Assembly: GCA_023920165.1 (NCBI GenBank) | Contig: CP089279.1 | Span: forward strand, 992,001 to 1,056,000 | Source: Curvularia clavata | Lineage: Eukaryota | Length of the DNA: 64,000 nucleotides | Direction of reading: 5' to 3' | In this document: piece after piece, positions 13,667-26,654 of the stretch | Layout: each line of letters starts with the position of its first letter | How positions within the stretch are numbered: position 1 is the first letter of the stretch | Program-made: the position numbers and the translations under genes | Notes under the pieces: model-generated | Seen by the model: only the letters and a program-made list of their open reading frames with translations | Databases searched by the model: none | What the model was told of the DNA's origin: nothing

Positions 13667-14536
13667 ATGGAGAGCAATCTTGCCGCCGCGCGGGCAGCCC
13701 GCCGTTTCCTCGACGAGCGCCTTCGAAATGACTGGGACTATCCGGATGTGCCGGCAGCAGGTTCAGCCTCAGACGAGCCAGTGCGCGATGCAGTTGACTT
13801 TCGAGAGCGGTACTACGGCGAGTCTGAATCGGGAGATTCAGACAACGAGGATGAGGGCGTGGCACCCTACAAGTTCGACAGCCCAGAGAGCATCGGTGAT
13901 GTGGTTGCGCGGACCCGCGAGGCGCGCAAGAGACGGCGGAGGGAGCGGTTAGAGCGCGAGATGAAGGAGAATGAAGGCTTGCGAATATGGGTAGAGCGAA
14001 GGGACATGTGGACAGGGGCGGCATGCGTTAGGAAATATGGCACAGGAAGGCAACGACAGGCGAATCAATCACCATCTGCAACAGGCTCCGCACCTGAAGA
14101 CCAGGCCACGGCGCCCACGGGCTCCGAAGCACAATCTACGACGATTACAACACCGGATGTCGTACCCGTTGCACCACGACTTCTCGACCAGAACCCAATC
14201 CGCGCCTCCATCACACCGAAAGCCTACCCAGACATCTACCAGAAAATCGTCGTCTCATCCCGCACCCCCTCCGTCCCCATCAACCTTGCAGACATGACAA
14301 AAGCGTTAGTGCAGGGCTGGAAGGATGCAGATGAGTGGCCTCCGAGGGCGACGGCTGTAGATCCCCTTGCGGGCAAGAAGCGCGTTATTACGGGCCCTCC
14401 TTCGAATGGTCATCATGGAGGCTTTATTGCGCGGCATCCGCATCTGGAGAAGGGCGTGGATGGGATGAAGAGGATCCTGCATCTTAGTGCGCATCATGAT
14501 CATGAGAATGAGCATGCGCAGGGGAAAGAAGGGTGA
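13667..14536 (+). CDS. DUF4050 / Gag1-like protein
   Basis: Intronless 289-aa ORF with N-terminal RNDWDYP and C-terminal YPDIYQKIVVSSRTPSVPINLADMTKALVQGWK..EWPP signature. Confidence 0.75.
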   Translation: MESNLAAARAARRFLDERLRNDWDYPDVPAAGSASDEPVRDAVDFRERYYGESESGDSDNEDEGVAPYKFDSPESIGDVVARTREARKRRRRERLEREMKENEGLRIWVERRDMWTGAACVRKYGTGRQRQANQSPSATGSAPEDQATAPTGSEAQSTTITTPDVVPVAPRLLDQNPIRASITPKAYPDIYQKIVVSSRTPSVPINLADMTKALVQGWKDADEWPPRATAVDPLAGKKRVITGPPSNGHHGGFIARHPHLEKGVDGMKRILHLSAHHDHENEHAQGKEG

Positions 14537-15507
14537 GATGGCGGACTGATGTTTTCACGATTCCTGCAAGATGCATGGCCTGGACGAGATGCACGAATAT
14601 GCCTGTTTTAGGCAACAAACTTGAGCATCCGGCGGTAGCCTAGCACGGCACTTTGTTGTTTGATCAGGTTTCCTAAACCAAGGCGCCTGCTGGCTTTTGC
14701 TATGCTATCACTCACGCAAAAGAGATGGACGTGCAGCAGCAGGCTGGGCGTTGTTTGAATTTTCCGAACGGTGAGCAAGGAGATTGAGTACAGTACGTAA
14801 ATACCGATATATACCCCCCTTTTCAATGACGTCTTTTTCATGCATACAAATTTTAGCTTGCAGACAGCACTTCTTCCTCTCCAACAAGCTAATGCAAGTC
14901 ATCTGCAACTGTGTCGCCACAACCGTTGTCCATCCCCATGCCCCTTTCTGGTTATCCCATAGCGGTCGAGGGAAAATGTAACTAGCCCCACCGACACATA
15001 CCCTGCCTACATCCTTGATTCAGCTGGTTAGTACATACACTATTGCTATGTAGTGCAAAACTCGGCCTTCTCATCGTTTGTCCGACCCGCCCCGCAGTAA
15101 AGTCAGGCTTGTTTCCATGCGGGGCAAGCAAACCGGAGATCAGAAGGCCCGTGAGTGGAGTCATGACATACTAGTTAATTTGTAAGTGTCTCCATATATG
15201 AGTGCGACGAGCCGAAATCACGGAAGCCCTGGGGTCCGAGAGAGCGAGGCAGGGCGGTGCGGAAGCTGGTGTTGGACGAAGTGGGCGTGGGCAGGGCTTG
15301 CTTTGCTGGGTCATTGTCTTTGTCTGTAATGCCAGGGAGAGTGGGAAAGAATGGGCCGGCGAGAGTTAAATATGCGGAGAGGGTATTGCAGTTTGTGTCT
15401 CCCTACCCATCTCTTGTTCTCTTCGTTGCGAGAGTATTACTGAGATTGAAATCCCATTCTCGTTCTATTACCCTTTGTTATAACTCTTGATCGCACCATC
15501 GACAACC

Positions 15508-16780
15508 ATGCCTGGCGCCATCACCACCGAGCACCATGACAATGACGCCACTGCTTCGCCTTCCCTCCGCGGAATCTACCATCTCACGCACCCGCGCTCA
15601 GCTTCCAACCTCTTTCAGAACATGATGGCCAAGCAGCCTGGGTTCCAGTATTCGGGCTACAAGCTGTTTGATGCTGCGTTTGGGCTCATGGCACAGTTGG
15701 AAAGGGGCCCGTTGAGTGGGTGGCCGGAGGAGGAGAGGAAGAAGATGTATGAGAATTTTGAAAAGGGATTTGAGACGATGCAGGATGAGATTGACGAGGC
15801 GGAGAGGAATGTGAGTGTTCTCTCTTTTGTTTTTTTAGTTTTCTCTTTTGCCTATGAATGAGATGGAAAGAAACAAGAAAAAAGAAGAGAAGAACAAGTA
15901 AGACGAAGTATCAGTGGAGCCGCTACTCTGGGATATGTGTCTTCTTGGTAGACATGCGTCGTCGCTCGGATTATTTGGGATGTGCCTTTGCGAAATCCCA
16001 CGTCCAGATTGCGTGCTCGGCACGGGACGGGCCGTTCGAACAATTCCCCCACTGATGCTGACAACTATTCTTTAGGGCAAAAAAGTGTTGCTAAAAGAGC
16101 ATACGCGGTTTCTCTACGCTCCGGACAGACTAATGCGCTGCATCTACAAAGATGACACTGTTGAGCCCTTGATCATTCACGAGCGCGGTGTCCCCGCCAA
16201 CACCCCCCATACTAACCCCACGTCACTACCCGATAGCTTCCTACTGCAGTTCCAGCCAATCTTCCAGATCAGAAACCCAGTGCTTATGTTCCCGTCGCTT
16301 GTACGCGCGCAAATGGACATCAATTTCGTGAGCCGTCCACGCGACCTCGTGTGCCAACTCATGCTGAATCTGCATGCGCCCCGCGCACTGTACGATTGGT
16401 ACGCTGAGCAGAGCGCCACCTCACACATTATCCCACGCGTCATTGACGCCGACGACGTCATGAATGATCCTGCTACCGTGCGCTTGCTGTGCACGCAGAC
16501 GGGAATGGATCCTGATGCTGTTGTGTATGAGTGGGAGGAACGTGTAGTTGAGGATCCCAGACAAGCGCGATTTTTGTCTACTATATCGAAGAGTAAGGGG
16601 GTTATTAAGGGGTTAGATGCTCAGGGGAAGACGGTGGAGAGCGAGATGGAGAAGTGGGTGGCGGAGTGGGGGAGGGAGGATGCGGAGGAGATGGCGAGGT
16701 TGGTGAGGGATGCGATGCCGGATTATGAGTATTTGTACAGTAAGAGGACAAAGGCGGGGGGAAAGAGTGTCGGGGAGTAG
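15508..16780 (+). CDS. P-loop / sulfotransferase-like fold hypothetical protein
   Basis: THPRSASNLF (PSB-like loop), LKEH, PIFQIRNPVLMFPS and VIDADDVM. Exons 15508-15810 and 16076-16780 join in frame across a 265-nt GTGAGT..CTGAC..TAG intron. Confidence 0.7.
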
Positions 16781-17778
16781 GTGTTGGTGGTACTTATGTT
16801 TTGTATGTAGGAGTGAATATAGCAAGGATATTATTCAATAAACAAGTAAAGTGCTATTTATCACTGGCATGTCTGTGAATCGTTTTCTGGTCTTGGCAAC
16901 ATTGATGTGATGACAATATCAGCAGAGTAGATAATATCATGCGTGTTTTTAAGAAGAAATGCCGTGTCATGAAAATGTGAGATCAGTCTCTTGGGAAGGG
17001 GGCTGGGCTTTCATTCAACTGAAGATCTGGAATTGCCACAAAAGCTAGATATGAGTTTGATTCAAAGATACCCGCCTATGATCGAAGGAGTTTCAAGATA
17101 CCAGAAAGCTATTGATGTATAGGAAGTCATACCTATAGTTCATACTATGCATATGTATAGTGAAGATGAAGATTAGAGACATTCACGTTCTGGTCACGTG
17201 AACTCATGACATTAGCTGTCGTTTTTTCCGTAGCCGATGTACAAGTATTAGATCGAATTGCCGACGACGGCAGTCTATCAGTGAGCCGTTCTCTTCGGCC
17301 CGGGTGACAACACCTGGCGGGAATCTTACCGTACATCTCCGCTTACTCACCCGGCCGCTTGTTACTCACAACCCATGTTCGTGAGATCATACAATGCCCG
17401 ATTCGGCAGTTGTCCCTAGCGTGACTCCAAGAAAGTTTAAACTTACCTATACTTCCCTCCATTATATGTCGGTTGTCAGTCCCGTCATCCTTTTCTACCT
17501 ACGGCTTGGTAAAAATGCTCCCAGTATTAGATTCACGTTCCTTTATTGCCTGGCCATCTCTCGGATATGAAGCTTGAAATTGAAAAATGACTTTACTATT
17601 GGACTAACAAACGTAGTAGCTGACTTAACGGAGTATTACTAGCGAAAGTAATTCTCAAGAGATCAGATTTTTGACTCCGAGAAACGGTATCTCTGACATG
17701 TAAGACCCAGGGCGGCCAGCCGGACTCCGAGAAAATTATGGATCACTAAAGGACATCAGACAGAGACAACCGAGCCGT

Positions 17779-18901
17779 TTAAAGCCCTAATAAAGCGCCT
17801 TTGACGACGTCTTTGTTCAGCTGCACCCTCCACAACTTGTTCTCGTTCAGCAAGAATACCTGTCCGTCCTTGCCGAAACAAAAGTTCGCGACTCCACCAT
17901 CGACCAGAATCTTTGCCAGCAAAACACCTCCAGCGGACCAGATATTCAGTCCATCGCCACACCCGCTGTAGACTCTGCCGGCCAAGTCGCACTTGATTCC
18001 GTCTGGAACGCCAGTGTCGGCCATGGCAAAAAGTCGACGGCGGACCAGGAATGGCTGACCAGAGTAGAACTCAACATCGAAGGCGTATCTGAGGGTAAGC
18101 CTATTAGCATCTGCAGCACAGATATGGAAAGTTTGGCATGTGAAGCTCATGCTACTATGTGCAAGGTAAGGGGATTGAAACGTACATGCTCGACACTCTT
18201 GTGTCGTCTGTTGAGCCGTCTCCATGTATCCAGTCGGTGTCGGTAATGTACACAATTTTCTCATCAGGACTGAAGCAAATTCCATTGGGTCTGCTGAACC
18301 CATCTGCAATCGCGCGAATACCACCAGTTGCTGGATCGAAGCGATAGATCTGGTTGGGTAGTCGTGGTTGAGGTCGGATGTTCTGTTCCCAGCCATAACT
18401 TGGGTCTGTGAACCAAATCGAGCCATCTGAATGCACTACAACATCGTTGGGCGAATTGAATGGCCTTCCATAGAAGGACGAAACGAGCAGCTTTGCTTCA
18501 TAACTGCCCGTATCGCCTAGTGGCTTTGATGGCATAAACGCTATTCCTCCTGGCGTATCGAGTGTTCCTTGCGAACAGAATAGAACGCCGTCTTTGTAAT
18601 TGACACCCCCATTAGCCATATGAACATTCTTTACCTCGATCTCCGAACATTCTGCATCGGTGCTGTCGGCTTTCGATGGTAACTGGATGCGGGAGATGTG
18701 AATGTGCTTTTTGCCCGTTGTGGGGTGCTGGTACTGGTTGCTGGTGATATAGAGACAGTTTTGCTCGGGTATGAAGACGCCCGCCTCGTGTGCAAAGGGG
18801 CGCTCATTATCCTCTAGCAGTAGCTCAAGCTTGGGTTCGTCTCCGAATATGTCTCTCGCCGCTTCATCGTGAATCTGCAGCCAGGAGGGCACAGGACTCA
18901 T
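17779..18901 (-). CDS. SMP-30/gluconolactonase family lactonase (beta-propeller)
   Basis: FAHEAGV, MANGG, FNSPNDVVV..DGSIWFTDP, RPNGICFSPDE and PDGIKCD. Intron 18185-18089. Confidence 0.9.
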
Positions 18902-18979
18902 CTTTGGGGAGATTGTATTGCGCTAAACGTGTTAGGTCAACTTCCGTCCAATAGAGTTTCAGAGGCTTCGAAACAATTA

Positions 18980-19547
18980 CCCCGGAATGCCGTTGAAGCT
19001 ACCCCAGACTGTCTTATAGCGCGAGAGCGGCACAGATGACGAAACCACAATCGGCGTTTGAACACAGCCAACACAGAGGACAAAATGCCACGGTTTTTGA
19101 CTCAATCGCCGAAAGCTTTAGTTGCATTCACCGGTCGGGTGCGGCGTTTGATCTAATGCATCTACCAGGGCACAACGGAGGCTCGGTCCTGCATCGGAGA
19201 GATTGTCTGGCTGAAAAGCAAGAAAACAAGGGTTTACTAGGCCAATACGGCTTAGGCCCGAACTATGCACAAAGCCTCAGGTGGTTGATGACATGGTTAG
19301 GAAGTTGCACTAAAACCTTCTAGCAGACTGTCTCCACGTGCGTAACATAGCCTAGATGCCTCAAGCTTCACCTAGGGCGACTAGTTCGATCGATGGCCAC
19401 TGACTCAATCTCCAAGGCAAATCGAAATTCCCAACTAAAGCAACCTTCGAGGGACGGCAAGTGGACTCAATCCCCGCATTGTTCCCCGTAAAACACCAAA
19501 CCCCGCGGGATATGCATGACTTGGCGGTCCCATGGGGACGGCCCCGC
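18980..19547. promoter_or_regulatory. Cluster of CreA/Mig1-type SYGGRG sites in a divergent promoter
   Basis: Reverse-strand matches (CYCCRS) at 18980, 19002, 19332, 19472, 19501 and 19542 between the lactonase and sugar-porter starts. Confidence 0.45.
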
Positions 19548-19687
19548 AGACAGAAGCGCGACGTCCATGCTTTAGAAGGACCGTTTGAGTGTCTATATAT
19601 GATATGAGCGGGTCACACAATCTGCCAGCTTGTACTCTTCACCAGTGGCAGAGACGACACATCGAAACCACAGTTGAGACTTTCACC

Positions 19688-21374
19688 ATGCCTGAACTCA
19701 AGGGTCGAGCGCTTTTGCTCACCGTCAGTCTCCTCACCTCTCTGGGGTTCATGTTAATCGGTTATGACAATGGTCTCATGGGTGGACTGGTCGGCGCACC
19801 AGCTTTCAACAACACATTTGACCATCCATCCTCGGGAATGATTGGAACCATTGTTGCCATTTTTGAAAGTGAGTGACTGTTAAGGCGATGGAAGACCGAC
19901 CATAGTAACCTGTAGCTGCAGTTGGTTGCTTTCTCGGAGCCATGGCAACGGCGGTGTTTGGCGAAAAACTCGGTCGTCGCAAGAGCGTTGCCATTGGAGC
20001 TGTGATCAGCATCATCGGCGCTGTTCTACAAGCTACTGCATACGGACGAGCGCATCTCATCGTCGGCCGCATTGTCTCTGGTGTCGGTCTTGGTATAATC
20101 AACTCAACCGTGCCGGTAATGCAGGCCGAGTTCAGTCCCAAGGCGAGTCGCGGCATCTACGTCTGCGCACAGCTTTCGACTTTGAACCTAGGAATCTTGA
20201 TAGTGTACTGGATTGACTATGGCTTCGTATCGCACACCTCGAGCTATGCATGGAGAGTACCTACGATTCTTCAGTGCATTATTCTCATTGGCATCCTCGT
20301 CCTTGTTACGCTGATCCCAGAGACACCTCGTTGGTTGGCCTCGCATGACCGCCCGGACGAATGCTTGAAGGTTTTGGCACGTATTCACGATACCGATGAG
20401 AATAACACTGAAGTTCAGAGACTTCACACCGTTATCACTGAGACCGTTGCTTACGAGGCATCGCGACAAGCTGGATGGAAGGATATCGTGAAGAGTGACC
20501 CTATCAAGTCCAGGAGACGCTTCCTTATTGCTTGTGGCATTCAAATGTTCCAGCAACTTGGTGGCATCAACGCAATTATTTGTAAGTGCGGCCGTGACTG
20601 TGCTCCGAACTATTACTAATTAATCAGATTACTCTGGTACTCTCTTCCAGAAGAGCATTGGATTCGACACACACATGTCCGCCCTTATGAGTGGTTTCTT
20701 GCAGACCTGGTTCTTCGTCGCATCATTCATTCCGTGGTTCCTGATTGACAGAATCGGCCGAAGACCGCTCCTGCTGTCTATGATCAGTCTCATGGCAGCT
20801 GTCATGGCCGTACAGGCTGCTCTCATCTATCAAGTCCAGTTCAAAACTGCCTCAGCTCACGGTGCTGGTATCGCAGCAGCCGCTATGCTCTTCGTCTTCC
20901 AGGGCGCGTTCACAGTCGGTTTCCAGGCTACTGTTTGGGTTTACCCGTAAGAAAATCATAGTTGATCATAAGAGTTGTAGAAAACTAACACAAGACAGGT
21001 CTGAGATTCTTCCTCTTCGCCTTCGTCAGCGCGGCTCAGCCATTTCAACGGCAGCCAACTGGATCTGCAACTACGTAAGTTTGAGATCTTTTGGTGTAAT
21101 TGAAGCAATCAAACTGACACTCTGCCAGATCATCGTGCAAATCACCCCTCCCGCGATCAGCAATATCGGATGGCGCACATACATCATTTTTGCCGTACTC
21201 AATGCACTCTGGGTCCCCATCATCTACTTGTTCTTCCCTGAGACTAGGGGCTTGGAGCTGGAAGATGTTGACCGTCTTTTCTCTCATGGAGAAAGTCATT
21301 CCGACTTGCTGGAGAAGATTGGCGATGATGAACGCGTGGAAAAGGTGTCACACGTTAAGCAAGTAGAGTTGTAA
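19688..21374 (+). CDS. MFS sugar porter family transporter
   Basis: GYDNG, EKLGRRK, GRIVSGVG, PETPRWL, QQLGGINAIIYY, DRIGRR, YPSEILP..LR and PETRGLELE. Introns 19869-19921, 20582-20627, 20947-20998 and 21075-21128. Confidence 0.93.
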
Positions 21375-22394
21375 GATATGTGAAGTGAGAGTGTACTACA
21401 CGATGCCAACGCTTCGATATATACATGTAATTGGAATCAAATGTCTTAATGGCGCTACAACGCTATATTGTGGCGTTGAAAATGGTTTTATTGTTGCAGT
21501 GACTCGTAAACTTTTCATAAATATCGACTTCATGAGTTATAATCCAATTCAGTTGGCAAGTAATGGTATAGACTCATGAGGAATATGGGTTGACTGCTAC
21601 ATAGACCGCTTAGCTGCTAAGAATGGCGTGAGCCACCTAACACTAAGAAAGAATAGCAAAAGGGGTTTGGGGCCCAATGAGGGCTCGGAAGGTCGGTCCA
21701 AAAACACAAAGCAGGGAAAGGGATATGGATTGTACGACAGCTTGAGTATGTTACGAAAAAGGACCCCCCACCTACAAAAGAAGTGACACTGAGGTGATAT
21801 TTGCACACAACTGCGGATGTGATGAGTAAAGCTACACGCTCATTGCGAAAGGCTTTTGGAGTTGCAGAATGATATGCACCCGCTTGGGTGACTACACTGG
21901 GTCCACATGGCTGGAGCTGCTATGTTTCATCACGATTGGGGGCAGGGACAGGTTTGAATCCGGCAACTCTCTCAAGGACCCCACATGAACATCGCGAGTG
22001 ATCCTGCATTTCTTCTCGACTTGTATTTCCAACTTTCTAAGCTAACTGCGAGCGAATGACAACCTCGTAAACCCTGCGAGGTCCGACTTATATTTACCCA
22101 CGAAATCCTCCGCGCGATGTTTACTCGAGCAGCACGTGGCCCTCGCAATCTTGCCAAAATGAATATTAAATTCTTTTCTGCATTAAATAGCCAAGTAATT
22201 GCAGTCGCTCACATCGTATTGTACTCAAAATCATTGTGAAGGGGGCAACATCCCTTTCTAGAGCCAAGTGTCAAGGTAACCTGCGACCTGCGCCTCATTT
22301 ATTCAGCGTTCAAAGCTCGCTTTAGTTTACAGCCTGCACCAGTTAGCCCATAACATTGCCGATATCTACTGCTACTAGCATCTTCGACAACGCA

Positions 22395-24247
22395 ATGGCA
22401 GACCAAGAAGCGACCGCCTCGGCTCCGGAGTCTAGAAAGGTTTTGGTCGACGATACGATGGAGGAGAAGGACGCACCCAAGTTCAAGAAGGGTCCGAGAT
22501 TCTGGGCCATCATCGTTGTACTGTCTCTCATTAGTCTCCTCACGTCTCTCGAGGCCACAGTGACATCGACAGTCATGCCCTCGATCATTGTTGATCTGGG
22601 TGGAGGCGAAAAGTTCATCTGGGTTACTAATGCATACTTCTTGACCATGTAAGTTTTCGTCGCGCGAAAGACATGTGCTCCTCTCAAATTTCAGCTTTAT
22701 ACTTATCGAATGTATATGAAACCAAGTCTGAGTCTAACGACTGATATAGGACTTCCCTTATGCCTATGGTTGGCCAGCTCGCAAACGTGTTCGGCCGCCG
22801 GTGGCCATTGATCATATCCGGGCTTCTCTTCATGGTAGGAAGCGCTATTTGTGGCAGGTGAGTTGATGGTATCCGACTACCTGACATTGCGTCCACTCTG
22901 TCTTGATTATCAGTGCTTGTGCTGATCAGAATTGTTATGCGTAGTGCCACAAACATAGCTGCTCTGATTACTGGTCGAGCAATCCAGGGGATCGGAGGTG
23001 CAGGTATCGGCGTCCTCTGCGAAATCGTCATCTGCGATCTGGTGCCGCTCCGTGAGAGAGGTACCTACATGGGCGCTGTGTTCGGCATGGTAGGCATCGG
23101 AGCTTCACTAGGTCCTCTCTTTGGCGGACTGATCGCCAGCTACAGCACCTGGCGGTGGGCATTTTACATGACTCTGCCAACCGGTGGTGTTGCGGTTGTC
23201 CTGCTCATTATGTTCCTGCAAGTGAAGTACGACAGGTCTCAGACATGGGCCACCAAGTTCTCGAGTCTCGACTGGGCGGGGAACTCCCTCTTCATCGGCG
23301 GCACCGTCCCAGTTCTAATTGCCCTTGGCTGGGCAGGAGGCCAATACTCGTGGTCATCGTATAGAGTCCTCGTGCCACTGATTGTCGGCCTGGTCACGAT
23401 GGGTGCCTTCATTGTGCTGGAAGGTAGTACCCGCATTACGCCGAATCCAATGATGCCTCTGCACCTCTTCAGCAACTCCCTCAGCGCCGTCGTCTTCCTC
23501 CTTACCTTCATCCATGGTATCGTCACTATGTGGACGCTCTATTTCCTCCCAGTTTACTTCCAAGGCGTCCTTGCCAAAGATGCTTACCATGCTGGTATCT
23601 ATCTGCTACCTACCATTCTGGCGCTTCTTCCAGGGGCCATTCTCGGCGGCCTGTTACTCAGCAAGTTCGGTCGGTACAAGCCTGTTCTCATCGCCTGCTT
23701 TGCTTTAGTCATCGTTGGCTTTGGTCTCTTCACGATGTTGGATGAAAACTCGAGCACTGGCGCATGGGTAGGCTACCAGATGATCGAGTCCTTTGGAGCG
23801 GGTCTCGCAATGGGAGCTATGCTCCCCGCACTACTGGCCCCGTTGGCGGACAAAGACACAGCGCTGGCAACCGCTACGTTTTGCTTTATGCGGACCTTTG
23901 GTGTTCTGTGGGGCGTCGCCATTGCGGGCGCTATCTATACCAATCGAGCCGCACAACTAGCTGGTGAGGGCGCCATCAGCAACGTGGCTGTGAATGCCCA
24001 GTTCAGGGATGGGGGAGCATATGGGGCTGCAGAAGTCAATTATCTCGACCAGCTCTCAACAGAAACTCGTGTCCAAGTCATCTCTGTGCAGAGTATCGCA
24101 CTCCAGCGGTCTTGGCAGATTGCGATTGCCTTTGGTGCAGTGGGACTCATCGCTGCTAGTGCGATGAAGCAGATGTCGCTGAGAAAAGAGAACAACACTG
24201 AATTTGGCATGACAGAGAAGAAGAGAAAGCATGCAGATGAAGAGTAG
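22395..24247 (+). CDS. MFS DHA2 (14-TM) drug/toxin efflux pump
   Basis: LEATVTST, GQLANVFGRR, GRAIQGIGG, DLVPLRERG, LGPLFGG, WRWAFY and DWAG motifs. Introns 22649-22749 and 22858-22944. Confidence 0.9.
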
Positions 24248-24642
24248 GCCAAGGCAGCAACGGGTCAGATGCCAATGGTAACATCGTGATATCCAAAGTA
24301 ATGTCGGAGCCAGTAGTGTAATCTGAATTCACCTTAGACAACATGAACGATTGTTCATTTTTCCTGACAGAGTCATCGAACATTGTATTCACCTCTGTTG
24401 TTGAAGACTTGACTATTTCGACACAGCTCGTATAACAACCGTAGCGCATATCGCTCGCGCCAACACGATGTTGTTTCTACCGATTGGCTCACAGAAAACC
24501 TCCGAGGAGGGTTTATGCTGTTAGCTAATCTATCCGAACTACCAACATCTTCGTGCATGAACTTGAACAACCGTAACAGCGCCTATGCATTTGCTCAACA
24601 ACTCTACAATCACTTTACTACTCCTGGAATAAAACACTAACT

Positions 24643-25935
24643 ATGCTCAAAACCACAATCAGGCGCTCGGCCTGCGACCAGTGCAGAGCAAAGCGAGTTC
24701 GGTGCCTTCGCCCTCAGGACAGTACGGCTTCCTGTGCCCGCTGCCGCTACACGGGTGCGCGATGCGTAACAGGCACCGCCGGCCACCCTGGAAGACCGCC
24801 TAAGCAGCGTCTTGCTGTCCCCTCGCATGGAGACCATCGCACTTCGATATTGGGAGATACGGATAATGTCCCAGATCACGCATCCTCCAATACAGTGGTG
24901 CCTGCGCCTGCAAGGATATCCAATGCCGCAGTGCATGCCTATTCATCAAGACACCTTGTCGCTCATGAGGCACAGCAAGACTTCTGGCTAGCAACTGGGA
25001 ATACACCTGCTTCTTTCTATTCGCCTTCTGCTTCAATGGATCAAAGCCCAGTGCCGGGTCATGATATCCTTTCCCTATCCGATCAGCTGAACAGCCCATC
25101 ACAGCTTCGGGGATTTCTCGGTGCAGATGATGAGCTCAATGCAATGCTTCTCATGGGCGAGGACAACAACCTTGCCCTCGGCATGGAGATTGAACCACTG
25201 CTTAACCAGGGCAAAAACCTGCTGCCCCCGACTCCGCTGCAATTTTCCAGTACGGAAACGTCTCTGGCGAGATTCCGAGATGAAATAGATGAACACATTG
25301 CGACTGTTAAAATATACTACTCGGACGCCTCCAAAGTACCAGAGCGCTGTAAAGATGAGGACACGGGTCGAGATGTCGAAAATCCAGCGGCATTACTTCT
25401 TACATGCACTAAAGAACTCACAGACATCATTCAAAGCTTGTCGCCGGCAGCTCAGTCAGATATATTGATCAATGACACTCTCAGCACAGAGACTGTGCTT
25501 CTGGCTCTATCCAGCTATCTTGCATTAATGAGGCTATTCGACTGCGTATTCCACCGCATCTACAACTATCTCTGCGAGGTGTCATTGGAGTCATGGGAAT
25601 CAATCAAAGTCAAATCGGTGCTCCGCATCGGCGGCGTCTCTTCGCTTCAGGACATGCCGCTAAAGGTATACGCCATAGGCGTTCTCGAGGCCATCAAGGC
25701 GCAAGTGCAGATTTTGGAACGTTTTATGGGAATCCCAGGTGAATACTGCCTCTCGGGCGAGGCGACTACCTCAATCGGTCCGGTGGCTCCAGGCATATTC
25801 TCCAGTGCACTTCGAGCACGGTTGTTTTGGGCCGTCATGGAGCAGGAAGATGTGCAATCACTGCGGGGTAGCAAATCGTACGTAGAGTCGATACGAGCTA
25901 GTATGAAGGATTCGATGGCTTTTCTCAATGCTTAG
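24643..25935 (+). CDS. Zn2Cys6 transcription factor (secondary-metabolite cluster type)
   Basis: N-terminal SACDQCRAKRVRC..SCARC...ARC binuclear cluster followed by GRPPK; intronless 430 aa. Confidence 0.88.
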   Translation: MLKTTIRRSACDQCRAKRVRCLRPQDSTASCARCRYTGARCVTGTAGHPGRPPKQRLAVPSHGDHRTSILGDTDNVPDHASSNTVVPAPARISNAAVHAYSSRHLVAHEAQQDFWLATGNTPASFYSPSASMDQSPVPGHDILSLSDQLNSPSQLRGFLGADDELNAMLLMGEDNNLALGMEIEPLLNQGKNLLPPTPLQFSSTETSLARFRDEIDEHIATVKIYYSDASKVPERCKDEDTGRDVENPAALLLTCTKELTDIIQSLSPAAQSDILINDTLSTETVLLALSSYLALMRLFDCVFHRIYNYLCEVSLESWESIKVKSVLRIGGVSSLQDMPLKVYAIGVLEAIKAQVQILERFMGIPGEYCLSGEATTSIGPVAPGIFSSALRARLFWAVMEQEDVQSLRGSKSYVESIRASMKDSMAFLNA

Positions 25936-26003
25936 AGAATTTGGACGACAGGATGTGTGGCAACTTCTGTTGTCATTTTGCACTCATCGTGTTTCCCTGG
26001 GTA

Positions 26004-26654
26004 TCATGTGGATGTCTTACTTGCAACGGCAATTAGCTCCCAGGGTTGCCCACCTATAGCACCAGCATCCTGCTCGTGCAGATGCCAGCCAGCAAAGCAT
26101 GGCTTGTAGTCATCCCAGTCAGCCTTCGGCCCTGCCCATATTATCTTTTCCACACTTCCCTGTCCATGTGCCGCCATGTATTCCTGAACCAAACCAACAC
26201 GTCTTGGGTACACAAATAGCCAAGTCGTGGCTTGGGCGACAAGGGGCTCGAGGAAGCGCGTGCCATGTACAATGCGATGGTGAGAAGAAGGCAGGTACTT
26301 GTTAGGACTTGGTTCGACCTCGACACCAATGACGTGAAAGCCATGGTTTCCGGTCATGATGTATGCTTCAAGGAGGCCGAAGCCGCTTCCTATTGAGACT
26401 GCGATGCATGGCGGCGGAGTGAGAAGGGACCGGATGTATGCCACAAGCTGGGTACTAAGAGCGAGGCAGCATCCTGAATATGTCGTCGGCGAAGCAGCGA
26501 GTTGGGGAAGAGGCGGAAGCGATGGCGCAGTCCAAAAGGCGGGTGTATTTCCTTCTTCTGTATGATACGCCTGTGTATCTGCGTCCGTATCGTGTTCTTG
26601 CTTGCCCGTAGCAGGAAAAAGCATTTGATGGTCGTGGTGTTGAGTATTCACCAT
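26004..26654 (-). CDS. Hypothetical protein with SAM-methyltransferase-like motif I
   Basis: VSIGSGFGLLEA followed by VIGVEV, WLFVYPR and IWAGP..DW..Y. The start at 26654 is inferred. Confidence 0.6.
   Translation of the reverse strand: MVNTQHHDHQMLFPATGKQEHDTDADTQAYHTEEGNTPAFWTAPSLPPLPQLAASPTTYSGCCLALSTQLVAYIRSLLTPPPCIAVSIGSGFGLLEAYIMTGNHGFHVIGVEVEPSPNKYLPSSHHRIVHGTRFLEPLVAQATTWLFVYPRRVGLVQEYMAAHGQGSVEKIIWAGPKADWDDYKPCFAGWHLHEQDAGAIGGQPWELIAVASKTST

Noticed and set aside
21590..21970. Coding-like but stop-ridden stretch (similar ones at about 33900-34600 and 38950-39500)
   Set aside because: Possible gene or transposon relics, but no family could be identified by eye
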